This document shows positions 35,930 to 46,168 of a stretch of DNA of 64,000 nt, piece by piece. The notes beneath the pieces are model-generated. The model was given only the letters and a program-made list of their open reading frames with translations. It was not told where the DNA came from and did no database searches. Where the stretch lies: NCBI GenBank assembly GCA_964648105.1, contig CAZYMH010000004.1:70083-134082 (forward strand), given 5' to 3'. Position 1 is the stretch's first letter. The number at the start of each line of letters is the position of its first letter. Made by a program: the position numbers and the translations under genes. The stretch is from an uncultured Candidatus Saccharibacteria bacterium. Its GTDB lineage: Bacteria > Patescibacteriota > Saccharimonadia > Saccharimonadales > 2-12-FULL-41-12.

Positions 35930-37525
35930 TTAGCCAACAACTCTGAAAACTTCATCAAGTGTTGTTTCGCCAGCAATTACTTTTAGGACACCGTCGTGTA
36001 ACATCGTGGTCATACCGTCCTGGATTGCTTGTTTTTCGAGCATATCAGTCGTTAATTGACCTGGTGACATACGGAGTAGCTCTTGAACTGCCTTAGATGT
36101 CCGAAACTGTTCGCGTAGAGCAATTTGGCCTTTGTAACCGAAGGGGTTTTCTTCGGAAGTGCCTGGCTTATATAGAGTTAGATCATCGATATTCGGTCGC
36201 TCAAAATTAGGCGGTAGCGTATCAAGAATTTGTTGTAATTGATGTTTGAGAGCATCATCAGGCTGAAAGGCAATTTTGCAAGAATCATCAAGCTTCCGCA
36301 CTAAACGTTGGGCCATAATTAAATGTAACGCCGAAGCGAATAATGGGTTGACACCTATCGCGTCTTGCATGCGAGTTACAGCTGCTGCCGATGAGCTAGC
36401 GTGAAAAGTCGATAACACCAAATGTCCAGTCAAAGCAGCTTGCAAGGCAGTTTTGGCAGTATCTTGATCGCGAATCTCGCCGACCATCACCACATCTGGA
36501 TCAAGCCGTAGGACAGCTCGCAGTTTTTCGGCAAAACCAAGTTTGTTTTGATCACCATGGACTGGGATTTGAACGACTCCTGGCAAAAAATATTCTACTG
36601 GATCTTCTAAAGTTATTATCTTTCGCTCATCGGTATTGAGGGTATTGATAATCGAATAAAGAGTGGTTGTTTTGCCTGAACCTGTCGGCCCAACCACCAA
36701 AACTAGCCCAGAAGGATGTTTAATCACATCGTCGACCGCGGCTCGTTCTTTTTGGTTTAAGCCTAAATTATCTAGCTTCAAAAACTCTAGTTTAAAGTTA
36801 AATAACCGCATGACAACATCGATTCCGTAAACAGTAGGGACAGTCTCGACACGCAAATTAACATCAACTTCTTCGCCTGTGGCTAACTTATATTTTTTAT
36901 TAATATGACCAGTTTGAGCCTCTGGATCGCCAGTACTGACATTGGCCGCAATTGCAATTGACGACAACACTTGGCGATATTTTTCGTGAGAAATACCAGC
37001 AATCGGGTGCAAAACGCCGTCGACTCTTATCCGAACCCGAACTTCGTTCTTTTGGCATTCGATGTGGATATCCGAACCTTTAAGTTGATAACATTGCTTG
37101 ACTAAATAGGCTATTACATCATCGGACAAGACACCATCTAGCGTTTGAGTCACCCTTTTGTACAAACTTTCATCGTCAGCCGAACCGAACTTAACATCTT
37201 CGTAGATAATTTCTTTCGGTGGATTATATAGTCGCATATACTCCTCAAATCCCACATCAGAGATCATCGAAAATTCTAAGCGGTGATCTTGAAATCTACT
37301 CCTTAACGCATTCATAGTCTGCTGTGACGTTGTATTTGTTACACCAAATTGAATGTTATGGCTATCAGCATACAGCGGTACAACCCGTAAATTTCGTAGT
37401 TCTTGGTTAGATAAAATATCTTGATATAAATTTTTGTCAGGATCTGAAGTATTATGATAATTCAAACCAAGTATTTGCGAGCGTCGTTTGGTAGACTGTT
37501 CATCAATTTGCCTAGCGTCTTGCAT
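35930..37525 (-). CDS. pilB: type II/IV secretion (type IV pilus assembly) ATPase, GspE/PilB family
   Basis: Walker A GPTGSGKTT, Asp box, Walker B VMVGEIRD, His box LSTFHA. An N-terminal GspE_N-like domain is present. Confidence 0.88.
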   Translation of the reverse strand: MQDARQIDEQSTKRRSQILGLNYHNTSDPDKNLYQDILSNQELRNLRVVPLYADSHNIQFGVTNTTSQQTMNALRSRFQDHRLEFSMISDVGFEEYMRLYNPPKEIIYEDVKFGSADDESLYKRVTQTLDGVLSDDVIAYLVKQCYQLKGSDIHIECQKNEVRVRIRVDGVLHPIAGISHEKYRQVLSSIAIAANVSTGDPEAQTGHINKKYKLATGEEVDVNLRVETVPTVYGIDVVMRLFNFKLEFLKLDNLGLNQKERAAVDDVIKHPSGLVLVVGPTGSGKTTTLYSIINTLNTDERKIITLEDPVEYFLPGVVQIPVHGDQNKLGFAEKLRAVLRLDPDVVMVGEIRDQDTAKTALQAALTGHLVLSTFHASSSAAAVTRMQDAIGVNPLFASALHLIMAQRLVRKLDDSCKIAFQPDDALKHQLQQILDTLPPNFERPNIDDLTLYKPGTSEENPFGYKGQIALREQFRTSKAVQELLRMSPGQLTTDMLEKQAIQDGMTTMLHDGVLKVIAGETTLDEVFRVVG

Positions 37526-37571
37526 ATATTATATTTAAACATAAGAGGTGTAGAGTTGTATACTATTATTT

Positions 37572-38072
37572 ATGACAAAAAATGTCGTAGTAATTGCTCA
37601 TAATATACGTAGTACCCACAATATCGGATCGATTTTACGAACATGTGACGGCTTTGGAGTTGAAAAAGTTTTTATTTGTGGTTATAGTCCGTATCCAAAA
37701 ATTGCAAATGATCAGCGTTTGCCACACATTGCCGAAAAACTCGACAAACAAATTCATAAATCAGCTCTCGGAGCTGAAAAATTAGTCAATATTCGATATG
37801 CTGAAGATCCCTACACCTTAATTGATCAGCTAAAAAGCGATGGATATACTATTTTGGCTCTCGAGCAACACAAAAATTCTGTTAATTTATCGCAGTATAG
37901 CTCGCCCAATAAAGTAGCTGTTCTGTTAGGCGAAGAAGTAGCTGGTATAGACAAACAACTGCTCAACAAATGTGACGATATTGTCGAAATAGCGATGTTC
38001 GGCCAAAAAGAGTCATTCAACGTCTCGGTTGCCGCTGGTATAATCTTATACGAGTTAAGTAAATCTAGATAA
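37572..38072 (+). CDS. SpoU/TrmH-family RNA 2'-O-methyltransferase
   Basis: 166 aa with HNIGSILRTCDGFG, LLGEEVAGI and NVSVAAGIILYE, which are SPOUT knot motifs. Confidence 0.8.
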   Translation: MTKNVVVIAHNIRSTHNIGSILRTCDGFGVEKVFICGYSPYPKIANDQRLPHIAEKLDKQIHKSALGAEKLVNIRYAEDPYTLIDQLKSDGYTILALEQHKNSVNLSQYSSPNKVAVLLGEEVAGIDKQLLNKCDDIVEIAMFGQKESFNVSVAAGIILYELSKSR

Positions 38073-38113
38073 AATCAATTAGTTTATGATAAAATCTTAA
38101 AAGAGATAAGCCT

Positions 38114-39019
38114 ATGCCACTCAAACAAAAACAAGCAAAACATCATAAAGCTCATCATAAAGAACGTCACACAAAAGACTTCTTAAAAGCCTATGCACCT
38201 TATTTACCACTGACGATTATGGTCGGACTAGGATTATTTTTGTCAACTTTTGGCAATGTTGGCCAGAAATCTCAGGCTGGTAAAGTTTTAGGTTACTCAA
38301 CCCAAATTTCGGACAGTGGACTCGTTGAGGCATCAAACAAAATTCGAACCGAACATAAGTTGGGTAATTTTACATTAAACAAAAATCTGGATAAGGCTGC
38401 TCAGGCAAAAGCTGATGATATGGTCAAAAATAATTATTGGTCACATAATACCCCCGACGGTAAAGAGCCATGGACATTTATTGAAGGTACAAATTATGCA
38501 TACTTAAAAGCTGCCGAAAATTTAGCTTATGGATTTAACAGTAGTAACTCAGTTGTATCGGGATGGATGAACAGTGCTTCACATCGAGCTAATATACTAG
38601 ATGATAATCTGACTGAAGTAGGGTTTGGCATTGCTAATGCGGATAATTACCTGGGTAAAGGCAAGGAAACAATTGTGGTGGCGATGTATGGGCTACCATC
38701 ACCAGAAGTTTTGTCATCGCAAAACCAAAAAACAAATGCAGACTACTCACTCAATTATTTAAGCAATTCATCATCGCCCACAAATATCAGCTACGCTCAG
38801 CTTTTAACCGAAGGTAAGATGCCCTATATTACTATCATGCTTGGTTTTGTAGCTGGTTTATGTGTGATGTACTTAGCTTTTAAGCATGGCAAGAGCTTCA
38901 AAAAATCGTTCATCGACAGTGAGCAATTTGTTATGAAACACCCGCTATTCGATGCTACGTTGGTTGCATTTGTAGCTTTAGTTATAATTGTTAGCCAATC
39001 TGTCGGCTCAATTCACTAG
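38114..39019 (+). CDS. CAP/SCP (YkwD-like) domain protein with N- and C-terminal TM helices
   Basis: NNYWSHNTPDGKEPW...AENLAYGF...GWMNSASHRANIL is the CAP signature. Hydrophobic helices sit near both ends. Confidence 0.75.
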   Translation: MPLKQKQAKHHKAHHKERHTKDFLKAYAPYLPLTIMVGLGLFLSTFGNVGQKSQAGKVLGYSTQISDSGLVEASNKIRTEHKLGNFTLNKNLDKAAQAKADDMVKNNYWSHNTPDGKEPWTFIEGTNYAYLKAAENLAYGFNSSNSVVSGWMNSASHRANILDDNLTEVGFGIANADNYLGKGKETIVVAMYGLPSPEVLSSQNQKTNADYSLNYLSNSSSPTNISYAQLLTEGKMPYITIMLGFVAGLCVMYLAFKHGKSFKKSFIDSEQFVMKHPLFDATLVAFVALVIIVSQSVGSIH

Positions 39020-42000
39020 TGCAATTTGACATTTTCAGCAGAAAAAATTTCTGATAATTTAGCGTGTAAATCCTCGCTATAACCTGTTGTTGAGGGAACT
39101 TTTACAAGCTGCTTGGCGTTGTCCTCACCAACAACCAGCACTACAGTTGTCGTACCTGGACTTGAATCGATTATCGATTTTAACTTCTCTAGATCTGATG
39201 TATTTTCGGTATTTTTAACTCTGATATAAAGACGCTGTTCTTTCGGTTGAATAGGGTTGGTCGAATTACTACGAGGTTTTGAGGGTTTTTTGGTTGTTTT
39301 AGGCTTTTTTACGCTTTTGCCAGTTGCTACATAATTTTTTACTTGTTCGACAGTAAGTTCACGAGCATCATCAACAAGTATTTTTATCTCACTGCCCAAA
39401 TTGCCATCTCTATCTTTGGTAGAAATTTTGCCGTTAACTAACACCACATTATCGCGGTCCCAAATACCGACTGTTTGTTGATAAGTATTTGGGAACAAAA
39501 CTAACTCGACTTCTGAAGAAATATCTTCAATTTTGACAAATGCCATTTTTTTACCGCTCTTGGTGACTATTTCCCGAAAGTCTGTCACCGAACCACCTAG
39601 CTTAACTGACCGTCCGTCCATATTGGGATCAATTAATTTAATGCTCAGACACTTTTCTTTCAAAAAATCTTCATATTCGCTTAGTGGGTGGCTACTCAAA
39701 TACAAGCCAAGTAGCTCTCGCTCCCATATCAATTGTTCTCTGACAGTGAACATCGGCAATGACTCTTCAAGCGATAATTTCGGGGCCAATGATTCACCTG
39801 CTTGGCTATTACCAAATAAATCAGTTTGGCCACTGCTAAGGTCTTTTTGAAGTCGTGACGAATGAGCCAAAATAGCTTCGATATTGTAAAGTAAAATGCT
39901 TCGATTACCCAAATTATCTAATGCTCCCGATTTAATTAAACTCTCAAGGGCTTTTTTATTAACGATTCGGTTATTAACTTTGCCCAAAAAATCTTCGAGA
40001 GAAGTGAATTTTCCGTCGATTTCTCTTGCCCTGAGAATTTCTTCGACTGCTCCTTTGCCAACATTTTTAACCGCATTCATACCAAATCGAATTTTATCAG
40101 CACGATTTTTCTGATCTTTAACTACTGCAAACTCTAAAAATGATTCGTTAACATCTGGTGCCAAAACTGTAATACCCATATGTTTACATTCAGATATTTC
40201 AATAGCTAACCTATCAATATCATCGTAGTCACTAGTCATTAAGGCTGCCATAAAGGCGGCTGGATAATGAGCTTTTAGGTAGGCTGTCCAATAGCTAATC
40301 ATACCGTAGCAAGCAGAGTGAGATTTGTTGAAGCAATAATCAGCAAAGCCCATAAGTTTACCCCAAAATTGCTCAATTAACTGCCGATCAATACCATTTT
40401 CGACAGCTCCTTCAACAAACCGTTTTTCCATTTTGAGCATGATGTCACGCTTTTTCTTACCAATCGCTTTTCGCAATGTGTCGGCCTCGCCGCCACTAAA
40501 TCCACACACATCTCTAGAAATTTGCATAAATTGCTCTTGATAGACCAAAACTCCGTAAGTATCTTCGAGAGCATCTTTCATCTTTGGATGATCGTAACTA
40601 ACTTTTTCTTGACCATTTTTGCGTCTGATAAAGCTATCTGTTAGTCCAGCACTAAGCGGGCCTGGTCGATACAAAGCACCCATCGCCACAATGTCGCCAA
40701 ATTCGGTTGGCTTCAAGTCTTTGAGATAACGTTTCATGCCCGCTGATTCAAATTGAAAAACTCCCGTAGTGTCGCCTCTTTGCAAAAGTTCATAGGTTTT
40801 TTTATCATCTAGTGGTAGCCTGCTGATATCAACTTCTTGGCCATACACTTTTCGAATTATTCGGAGTGTGTTCTTGACAATTGTCAGATTAGATAGCCCC
40901 AAAAAATCCATTTTAAGTAGACCTAAGTCCTCAATTGGACCCATAGAATATTGAGTTGAGACAACACCTTTTTGAGCCATTTCCAGTGGAGTGAATTTGA
41001 CAATTTTGTCAGGAGCAATCACTACTCCTGCCGCATGTACTCCGTGAGAACGAATAGTCCCTTCTAAGCATATGGCTAAGTCAAAAACTTGTTTTGACTG
41101 AGTTGAACTTTCGTATTCATTTTTCAAATCTTGATTGTCTTTTAAGGATTTTTGCAAAGGGATATGCCGACCTTGAATTGGAGGAGGAATCATTTTTGCC
41201 AAACGATCGCTTTCGGCATATGGTACCTGCAAAACTCTTGCCACATCACGTACTGCGTTACGTGCGGCCATACGACCAAAGGTCACAATATTTGCCACTC
41301 GATCACTGCCATATTTATCGACACAATACTGAATAACTTCATCACGCCGTGTATCTTGAATATCAATATCGACATCAGGCATACTTATTCGATCAGGATT
41401 TAAAAACCTTTCAAACAGCAAATCATATTCTATTGGATCGAGTTCTGTTATTCTGATTGCGTAAGCAACGATTGAACCCGCCGCACTGCCTCGACCAGGA
41501 CCAAAAACGATTCCTCGTGCTTTTCCCCAATTTATAAAATCAGCGACGATCAAGAAATAACCGTTAAAACCCATACTTTCAATTACCGATAGCTCGTATT
41601 CCGCTCTAGCTAAGAACTTTTTTGGTATTAATTTCTTTGCCTCGTCGATCGACAGTTTATCAGCAACATCCTTATCGACTCCACCATAACGCCAAGCTAA
41701 TCCTCGATAAACTAATTCATTTAAGTAACTTTTTTCGGTATGTTTTGCAGGCACTGGGAATTTAGGAATTAAAATTTCACCAAGTTTGATTTCTATGTTG
41801 CAGCGGTCAGCAATCTCTTTGGTGTTAGTGATCGACTCTGGATGGTCCTTGCCCCAACGTTCAATTACTTCTTTTGGGTCAGCAACATGCAGCTCAAAAT
41901 TTTTTAAGCTCATACGTTTTTCGTCTGACAAAAAAGATCCAGTTTGAACACATAACAAAATTTCATGAGCCTCTTGGTCATCGTGATTTAAATAATGAGC

Positions 42001-42684
42001 ATCCCCTGTAATAACAGTTTTTACATCTAATTCTTGGGCCAATTTGAAAGCCAGTTCATTTACTTTAGTTTGCTGATTCCAGACACTTGGATGTTTAGGG
42101 TGACCATGATCTTGAATTTCGATGTAGTAACGATCTTTGAAAACTGATTTATACCATAAAGCAACTTTTTTAGCTTCTTCGTATTGACCTTGATTCAAAT
42201 AATCCGCCACTTCACCATTCATACAGCCAGACAGCACAATTAGGCCTTCATGATATTTTTCTAGCAAATCATGATCTAAACGCGGTTTGTAATAAAAGCC
42301 ATCAAGATTAGCAATGGTACTTAGTTGCATCAAATTTTGATAACCTTGATTGTTCATGGCTAACAAAATTAAATGATAGATTTGCTTGTCTTTTGATGCT
42401 TCTTTATCAGTGTGTTTTCGTTTAGCAACATAACTTTCCATACCGATAATTGGTTTGATATCATTATTTTTGGCGGTTGAATAAAATTCAATTACTCCTG
42501 AAAGTGTGCCATGATCGGTTATTGCAATAGCTTCCATGCCAAATTGGCTGACTTTATCAATCAAACTTGGAATTTTAGTTAAACCATCAAGTAAACTGTA
42601 CTGAGTATGATTGTGCAAATGAACATAATCCGATGGTTTTAAATCGGATTTAATAAGGTTTTTTTTATTTTTTTGTGCCTCCAT
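39016..42684 (-). CDS. dnaE: DNA polymerase III subunit alpha
   Basis: 1222 aa with the PHP domain HLHNHTQYSLLDG, a palm/fingers region and an OB domain. The sequence is contiguous with no intein-like insert. Confidence 0.95.
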   Translation of the reverse strand: MEAQKNKKNLIKSDLKPSDYVHLHNHTQYSLLDGLTKIPSLIDKVSQFGMEAIAITDHGTLSGVIEFYSTAKNNDIKPIIGMESYVAKRKHTDKEASKDKQIYHLILLAMNNQGYQNLMQLSTIANLDGFYYKPRLDHDLLEKYHEGLIVLSGCMNGEVADYLNQGQYEEAKKVALWYKSVFKDRYYIEIQDHGHPKHPSVWNQQTKVNELAFKLAQELDVKTVITGDAHYLNHDDQEAHEILLCVQTGSFLSDEKRMSLKNFELHVADPKEVIERWGKDHPESITNTKEIADRCNIEIKLGEILIPKFPVPAKHTEKSYLNELVYRGLAWRYGGVDKDVADKLSIDEAKKLIPKKFLARAEYELSVIESMGFNGYFLIVADFINWGKARGIVFGPGRGSAAGSIVAYAIRITELDPIEYDLLFERFLNPDRISMPDVDIDIQDTRRDEVIQYCVDKYGSDRVANIVTFGRMAARNAVRDVARVLQVPYAESDRLAKMIPPPIQGRHIPLQKSLKDNQDLKNEYESSTQSKQVFDLAICLEGTIRSHGVHAAGVVIAPDKIVKFTPLEMAQKGVVSTQYSMGPIEDLGLLKMDFLGLSNLTIVKNTLRIIRKVYGQEVDISRLPLDDKKTYELLQRGDTTGVFQFESAGMKRYLKDLKPTEFGDIVAMGALYRPGPLSAGLTDSFIRRKNGQEKVSYDHPKMKDALEDTYGVLVYQEQFMQISRDVCGFSGGEADTLRKAIGKKKRDIMLKMEKRFVEGAVENGIDRQLIEQFWGKLMGFADYCFNKSHSACYGMISYWTAYLKAHYPAAFMAALMTSDYDDIDRLAIEISECKHMGITVLAPDVNESFLEFAVVKDQKNRADKIRFGMNAVKNVGKGAVEEILRAREIDGKFTSLEDFLGKVNNRIVNKKALESLIKSGALDNLGNRSILLYNIEAILAHSSRLQKDLSSGQTDLFGNSQAGESLAPKLSLEESLPMFTVREQLIWERELLGLYLSSHPLSEYEDFLKEKCLSIKLIDPNMDGRSVKLGGSVTDFREIVTKSGKKMAFVKIEDISSEVELVLFPNTYQQTVGIWDRDNVVLVNGKISTKDRDGNLGSEIKILVDDARELTVEQVKNYVATGKSVKKPKTTKKPSKPRSNSTNPIQPKEQRLYIRVKNTENTSDLEKLKSIIDSSPGTTTVVLVVGEDNAKQLVKVPSTTGYSEDLHAKLSEIFSAENVKLH

Positions 42685-42754
42685 TTGGAAATAATTATAC
42701 CATTTTAGGAGTCCAATAAACTAGCCATATTAGATTTAACTAGCTAGCTAAAAA

Positions 42755-43150
42755 TTATTTCTTAAGATATTTGACTAAGTTTTGCTTAGCCATTTTTAAG
42801 TCGTCTAGAGCTGCTTGTAGATTATCATCTTCAGTGTCACCTTGTCTGACTGCACTTAATACTTCTTTGGCTTTATCGCGGGCTTGCTTGGCTTTCTTAG
42901 TAGCATCTTCGAGTTCAAGTTTGGTGCGATCTTTTAGTTTTAGGCCTTTAACTTCTGCATCACCTATCAGAGATTGAATTTCGGAATAAACTACTTTGAG
43001 TTTCTTTTCGGTTTCAATCTTGGCGGAATTAGCCTTTTTTGCTAAATCACGACGAGTTTCTTTGCCAGTTTTTGGAGCAGTTAATAAGCCTGCCACATAT
43101 CCACCAATTGCTAGTACTACGCCAGTAAAAATAGATCCTTTTTTATTCAT
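42755..43150 (-). CDS. YtxH-domain protein
   Basis: N-terminal TM helix followed by APKTGKETRRDL, the YtxH signature, then a coiled coil. Confidence 0.7.
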   Translation of the reverse strand: MNKKGSIFTGVVLAIGGYVAGLLTAPKTGKETRRDLAKKANSAKIETEKKLKVVYSEIQSLIGDAEVKGLKLKDRTKLELEDATKKAKQARDKAKEVLSAVRQGDTEDDNLQAALDDLKMAKQNLVKYLKK

Positions 43151-43155
43151 GATAT

Positions 43156-43419
43156 TTATCCTTTCTTACTTTTCTTTTTTGCAAATGCACCAGTGATATT
43201 CGATACCAGTTTAACTAAAGCCACGGGCGTCGCTGTTCGCTCAAAAAACATTGCAACATGTTCGGCTTTATTGGCCATATTGTCAGCCTTCTCAGTGATT
43301 CTTTTTACAACTTTTATTAGTTCGTAAATTTTATAAGCTATAAAAATTCCTACTATCAAAAAGACAGCTAAAAATACTGAAAGAATAATTACTAATATTT
43401 CAAACCAAATGTTATCCAT
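43156..43419 (-). CDS. small membrane protein (DUF948-like)
   Basis: 87 aa with an N-terminal TM helix and then a helical region. This pairing with a YtxH protein is common. Confidence 0.55.
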   Translation of the reverse strand: MDNIWFEILVIILSVFLAVFLIVGIFIAYKIYELIKVVKRITEKADNMANKAEHVAMFFERTATPVALVKLVSNITGAFAKKKSKKG

Positions 43420-43426
43420 AAAAATA

Positions 43427-44311
43427 TTATAACATAGTCTTCAAATAGTCTCTAAGCTGATCTTTAATATCATCTCGCTGCAAAGTCATAGCGATTAATG
43501 TTTTTATATACTCCAATTTGTCGCCCGTATCGAACCACTTGCCATCAATTTTGAGAGCTAAATATTCAAAGTTGTCATCGATCATTTTTTTCATAGCAGG
43601 TTGAATCATAAATTCTTTGCCGTCTTCGACCTGTGACTGTGCTGCTTTGAGGTAGTCAAAAATATTGGGATTAAATAAATACGAGCTAACACTTCCCATG
43701 TTCGATGGAGCATTCTCTTTGCCAGGTTTCTCGACTATATTATTCATTTTTATTACACGATCACTAATTTCATCGCCGCCGACTACGCCATAGCGTTTAT
43801 AATCTTCGTCGTTATTTAATTGTACACAACTGATTACATTGCTCCCAGTTTGCATATGGAGATCGATCATTTGCTTAAATCTGGGCGGATCAGCCACAAA
43901 AAAATCGTCGGCAAAAGTATAAATAAATGGCTCGTCACCGACCAAATGCTCGCTATTCAGAAGTGGTGTAGCATTGCCTAAAATACCTTTTTGGCGAATA
44001 TAAATAAAGTTAGCCAAATCGGATATTTTTTTGGTTTTTTCGAGTAACTCGTTTTTGCCACTAGCTCGCAAATTTTGCCTTAGTTCAGCACTAATATGAT
44101 CGAAATGGTCTTCGATTGATCGTTTGTGATATCCAGTTACAATAATAATATCTTCAATGCCTGATTCAGCTAACTCTTCGACAATTTGTTGAATAATCGG
44201 TTTATCGACTAATGGCAGCATTTCTTTAGGCATAGCTTTGGTCTGAGGCAAAAACCTTGTGCCAAAGCCTGCAGCTGCGATCACGGCTTTTCTAACTTTT
44301 TTTGTCTGCAT
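43427..44311 (-). CDS. galU: UTP--glucose-1-phosphate uridylyltransferase
   Basis: AAGFGTRFLPQTKAMPKEMLP N-terminal signature and a VEKP motif. Confidence 0.9.
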   Translation of the reverse strand: MQTKKVRKAVIAAAGFGTRFLPQTKAMPKEMLPLVDKPIIQQIVEELAESGIEDIIIVTGYHKRSIEDHFDHISAELRQNLRASGKNELLEKTKKISDLANFIYIRQKGILGNATPLLNSEHLVGDEPFIYTFADDFFVADPPRFKQMIDLHMQTGSNVISCVQLNNDEDYKRYGVVGGDEISDRVIKMNNIVEKPGKENAPSNMGSVSSYLFNPNIFDYLKAAQSQVEDGKEFMIQPAMKKMIDDNFEYLALKIDGKWFDTGDKLEYIKTLIAMTLQRDDIKDQLRDYLKTML

Positions 44312-44312
44312 T

Positions 44313-45749
44313 TTATACCCCCAATTGTTGTTTAATTAATTGCTGAACCACTCCTGGGTTAGCTTTTCCTTTTGATTCTTTCATGACTTGACCTACCAAA
44401 AATCCTATAGCTTTCATCTCACCATTTTTCACATCATCAGATGCTTTATGATTATCCTGTAATACTTTTTTGACTATTCTATCTAGTTCATCTGTATCAG
44501 AGACTTGTAACATGTCGTTATCTTTGGCGAATTGTTCGGGTTCGACATTACCCAAAACAATATTTTCAAAAATAATTTTACTTTGTGTTGAACTAACTTT
44601 ATTTTCTAAAAACATGTTAGCCAATTTTATAATTTTTGAGGTATCGATTTTTAGATTTGCAATCTCCACGCCATTGTCATTAATAATTTTTGGTGCCAAT
44701 TGGCCAAGCCACTGGACTGCCACTAATGATTGTTTATCGTTTTGTGATTTATCAATCAAGTCAATAACTATATGACAAATTTCATAATTATCAAGGATTG
44801 TTTCGATTAAGTCATCGCTGATATCGATCGATTTTAGTGTTGAACGAACTTGATCAACTGATTTGGGTGAGTTTTTGAGAAGTTCATCGATATAATCGTC
44901 TTCTAAAACAACTGGTGGAATATCAGGGTCTGGCATATATCGATAATCATGAGCATCTTCTTTTGACCTTTGCGAAAAAGTTTTTTGTTTGGCATCATCC
45001 CAACCGCGAGTTTCCTGAACAACCTGCTGACCTTTTTCGAGTAAATCAGTTTGTCTTTTTATCTCATAATCAACAGCTTTCTCAACCGACTTAAACGAGT
45101 TTAGGTTTTTTGTTTCAGTTCGTTTACCGAGTTCACTATCTTTGCTAACACTAACATTTACATCAAATCGCATATTGCCGTAGTAAAGATCGGCTTCTGA
45201 TACACCAGTATATTTCATCAATAAGTACAATTCTCTCGCGTAAGCTTTTGCTTCTTTGGCGGAATTTATTTGAGGCTCACTAACGATTTCCAATAGCGGA
45301 GTGCCTGCTCGGTTCAAGTCAACCAAACTGTAGTCTTTGCCATTAGGATGAGTACTTTTACCTGCATCTTCTTCTAAGTGAGCTCTAGTAATACCGATTG
45401 TTTTTGGTTGACCGTCGACTAATATTTTGACTTCGCCGCCCAAAATAATTGGGTAATATAGCTGAGAAATTTGATAGCCTTTTGGTAAATCTGGATAAAA
45501 ATAATGTTTTCGATCAAATGCACTAAAATTAGCTGCTCGCGTTCTTAAAGCCTTGGCTGCCACAATCGCCAAATCTATCGCCTGTTTATTTAAGTAGGGT
45601 AATGCTCCAGGCATACCTAAACAAATGTGGCTTACTAGGGTGTTGGGCGGTGCTTCGCGAGCATCATTACCAACTGGAGCAAATAATTTTGTCTTAGTTT
45701 TTAGCTGAACATGACACTCTATACCGATTGTAGGAGTATATTCACTCAT
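44313..45749 (-). CDS. gatB: Asp/Glu-tRNA amidotransferase subunit B
   Basis: 478 aa with GIECHVQL, RCDVNVS-like RFDVNVS, and a C-terminal YqeY-like tail. Confidence 0.94.
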   Translation of the reverse strand: MSEYTPTIGIECHVQLKTKTKLFAPVGNDAREAPPNTLVSHICLGMPGALPYLNKQAIDLAIVAAKALRTRAANFSAFDRKHYFYPDLPKGYQISQLYYPIILGGEVKILVDGQPKTIGITRAHLEEDAGKSTHPNGKDYSLVDLNRAGTPLLEIVSEPQINSAKEAKAYARELYLLMKYTGVSEADLYYGNMRFDVNVSVSKDSELGKRTETKNLNSFKSVEKAVDYEIKRQTDLLEKGQQVVQETRGWDDAKQKTFSQRSKEDAHDYRYMPDPDIPPVVLEDDYIDELLKNSPKSVDQVRSTLKSIDISDDLIETILDNYEICHIVIDLIDKSQNDKQSLVAVQWLGQLAPKIINDNGVEIANLKIDTSKIIKLANMFLENKVSSTQSKIIFENIVLGNVEPEQFAKDNDMLQVSDTDELDRIVKKVLQDNHKASDDVKNGEMKAIGFLVGQVMKESKGKANPGVVQQLIKQQLGV

Positions 45750-46168
45750 TTTTTCTTTAATACTCCTAAATCTTTTAGCCCTTGGGCAATCCCTACTAAT
45801 GCTTTCTTGACGTCTTCTTTTTTGAGTTTGACATCTGGCGAAACCTCGATTTTACGTCGTAATTTATGGCCGAACCAGACTCCATCGTTACTAGAAAAAA
45901 TTTTTTGAGCTGAAACCATTCGTTCACCAGTTGATGAACCTTTAATTTTTTTATTCTTAAGTGCTTCAACCAATAAATCATCGGCTTCCACAACGGCCTC
46001 CCCCCACTTATCTTTATCGCTTAATTTCGATTGTAAATGTTTCCACTTGTCGACATATTCATCATGTTTGACTTTTCTTGGGAGGAATTTATACAAAACA
46101 AAACCTACGGCTAAAACAATAATCAAAATAAATACATAAAAAGCGATTCGCTCGGGACTCAAAGTCAT
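45746..46168 (-). CDS. hypothetical single-pass membrane protein inserted between gatA and gatB (140 aa)
   Basis: Track ORF. Its start overlaps the gatA stop (TAATG) and its stop overlaps the gatB start (ATGA). N-terminal TM helix FYVFILIIVLAVGFVLY. Confidence 0.65.
   Translation of the reverse strand: MTLSPERIAFYVFILIIVLAVGFVLYKFLPRKVKHDEYVDKWKHLQSKLSDKDKWGEAVVEADDLLVEALKNKKIKGSSTGERMVSAQKIFSSNDGVWFGHKLRRKIEVSPDVKLKKEDVKKALVGIAQGLKDLGVLKKK

Noticed and set aside
39016-42684. The large size of DnaE (1222 aa) as a sign of an intein or insertion.
   Set aside because: The sequence reads as contiguous PHP, polymerase, HhH and OB regions. There are no intein splice motifs or homing-endonuclease blocks. 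The extra length is a Lys/Pro/Ser-rich linker plus a small C-terminal domain.
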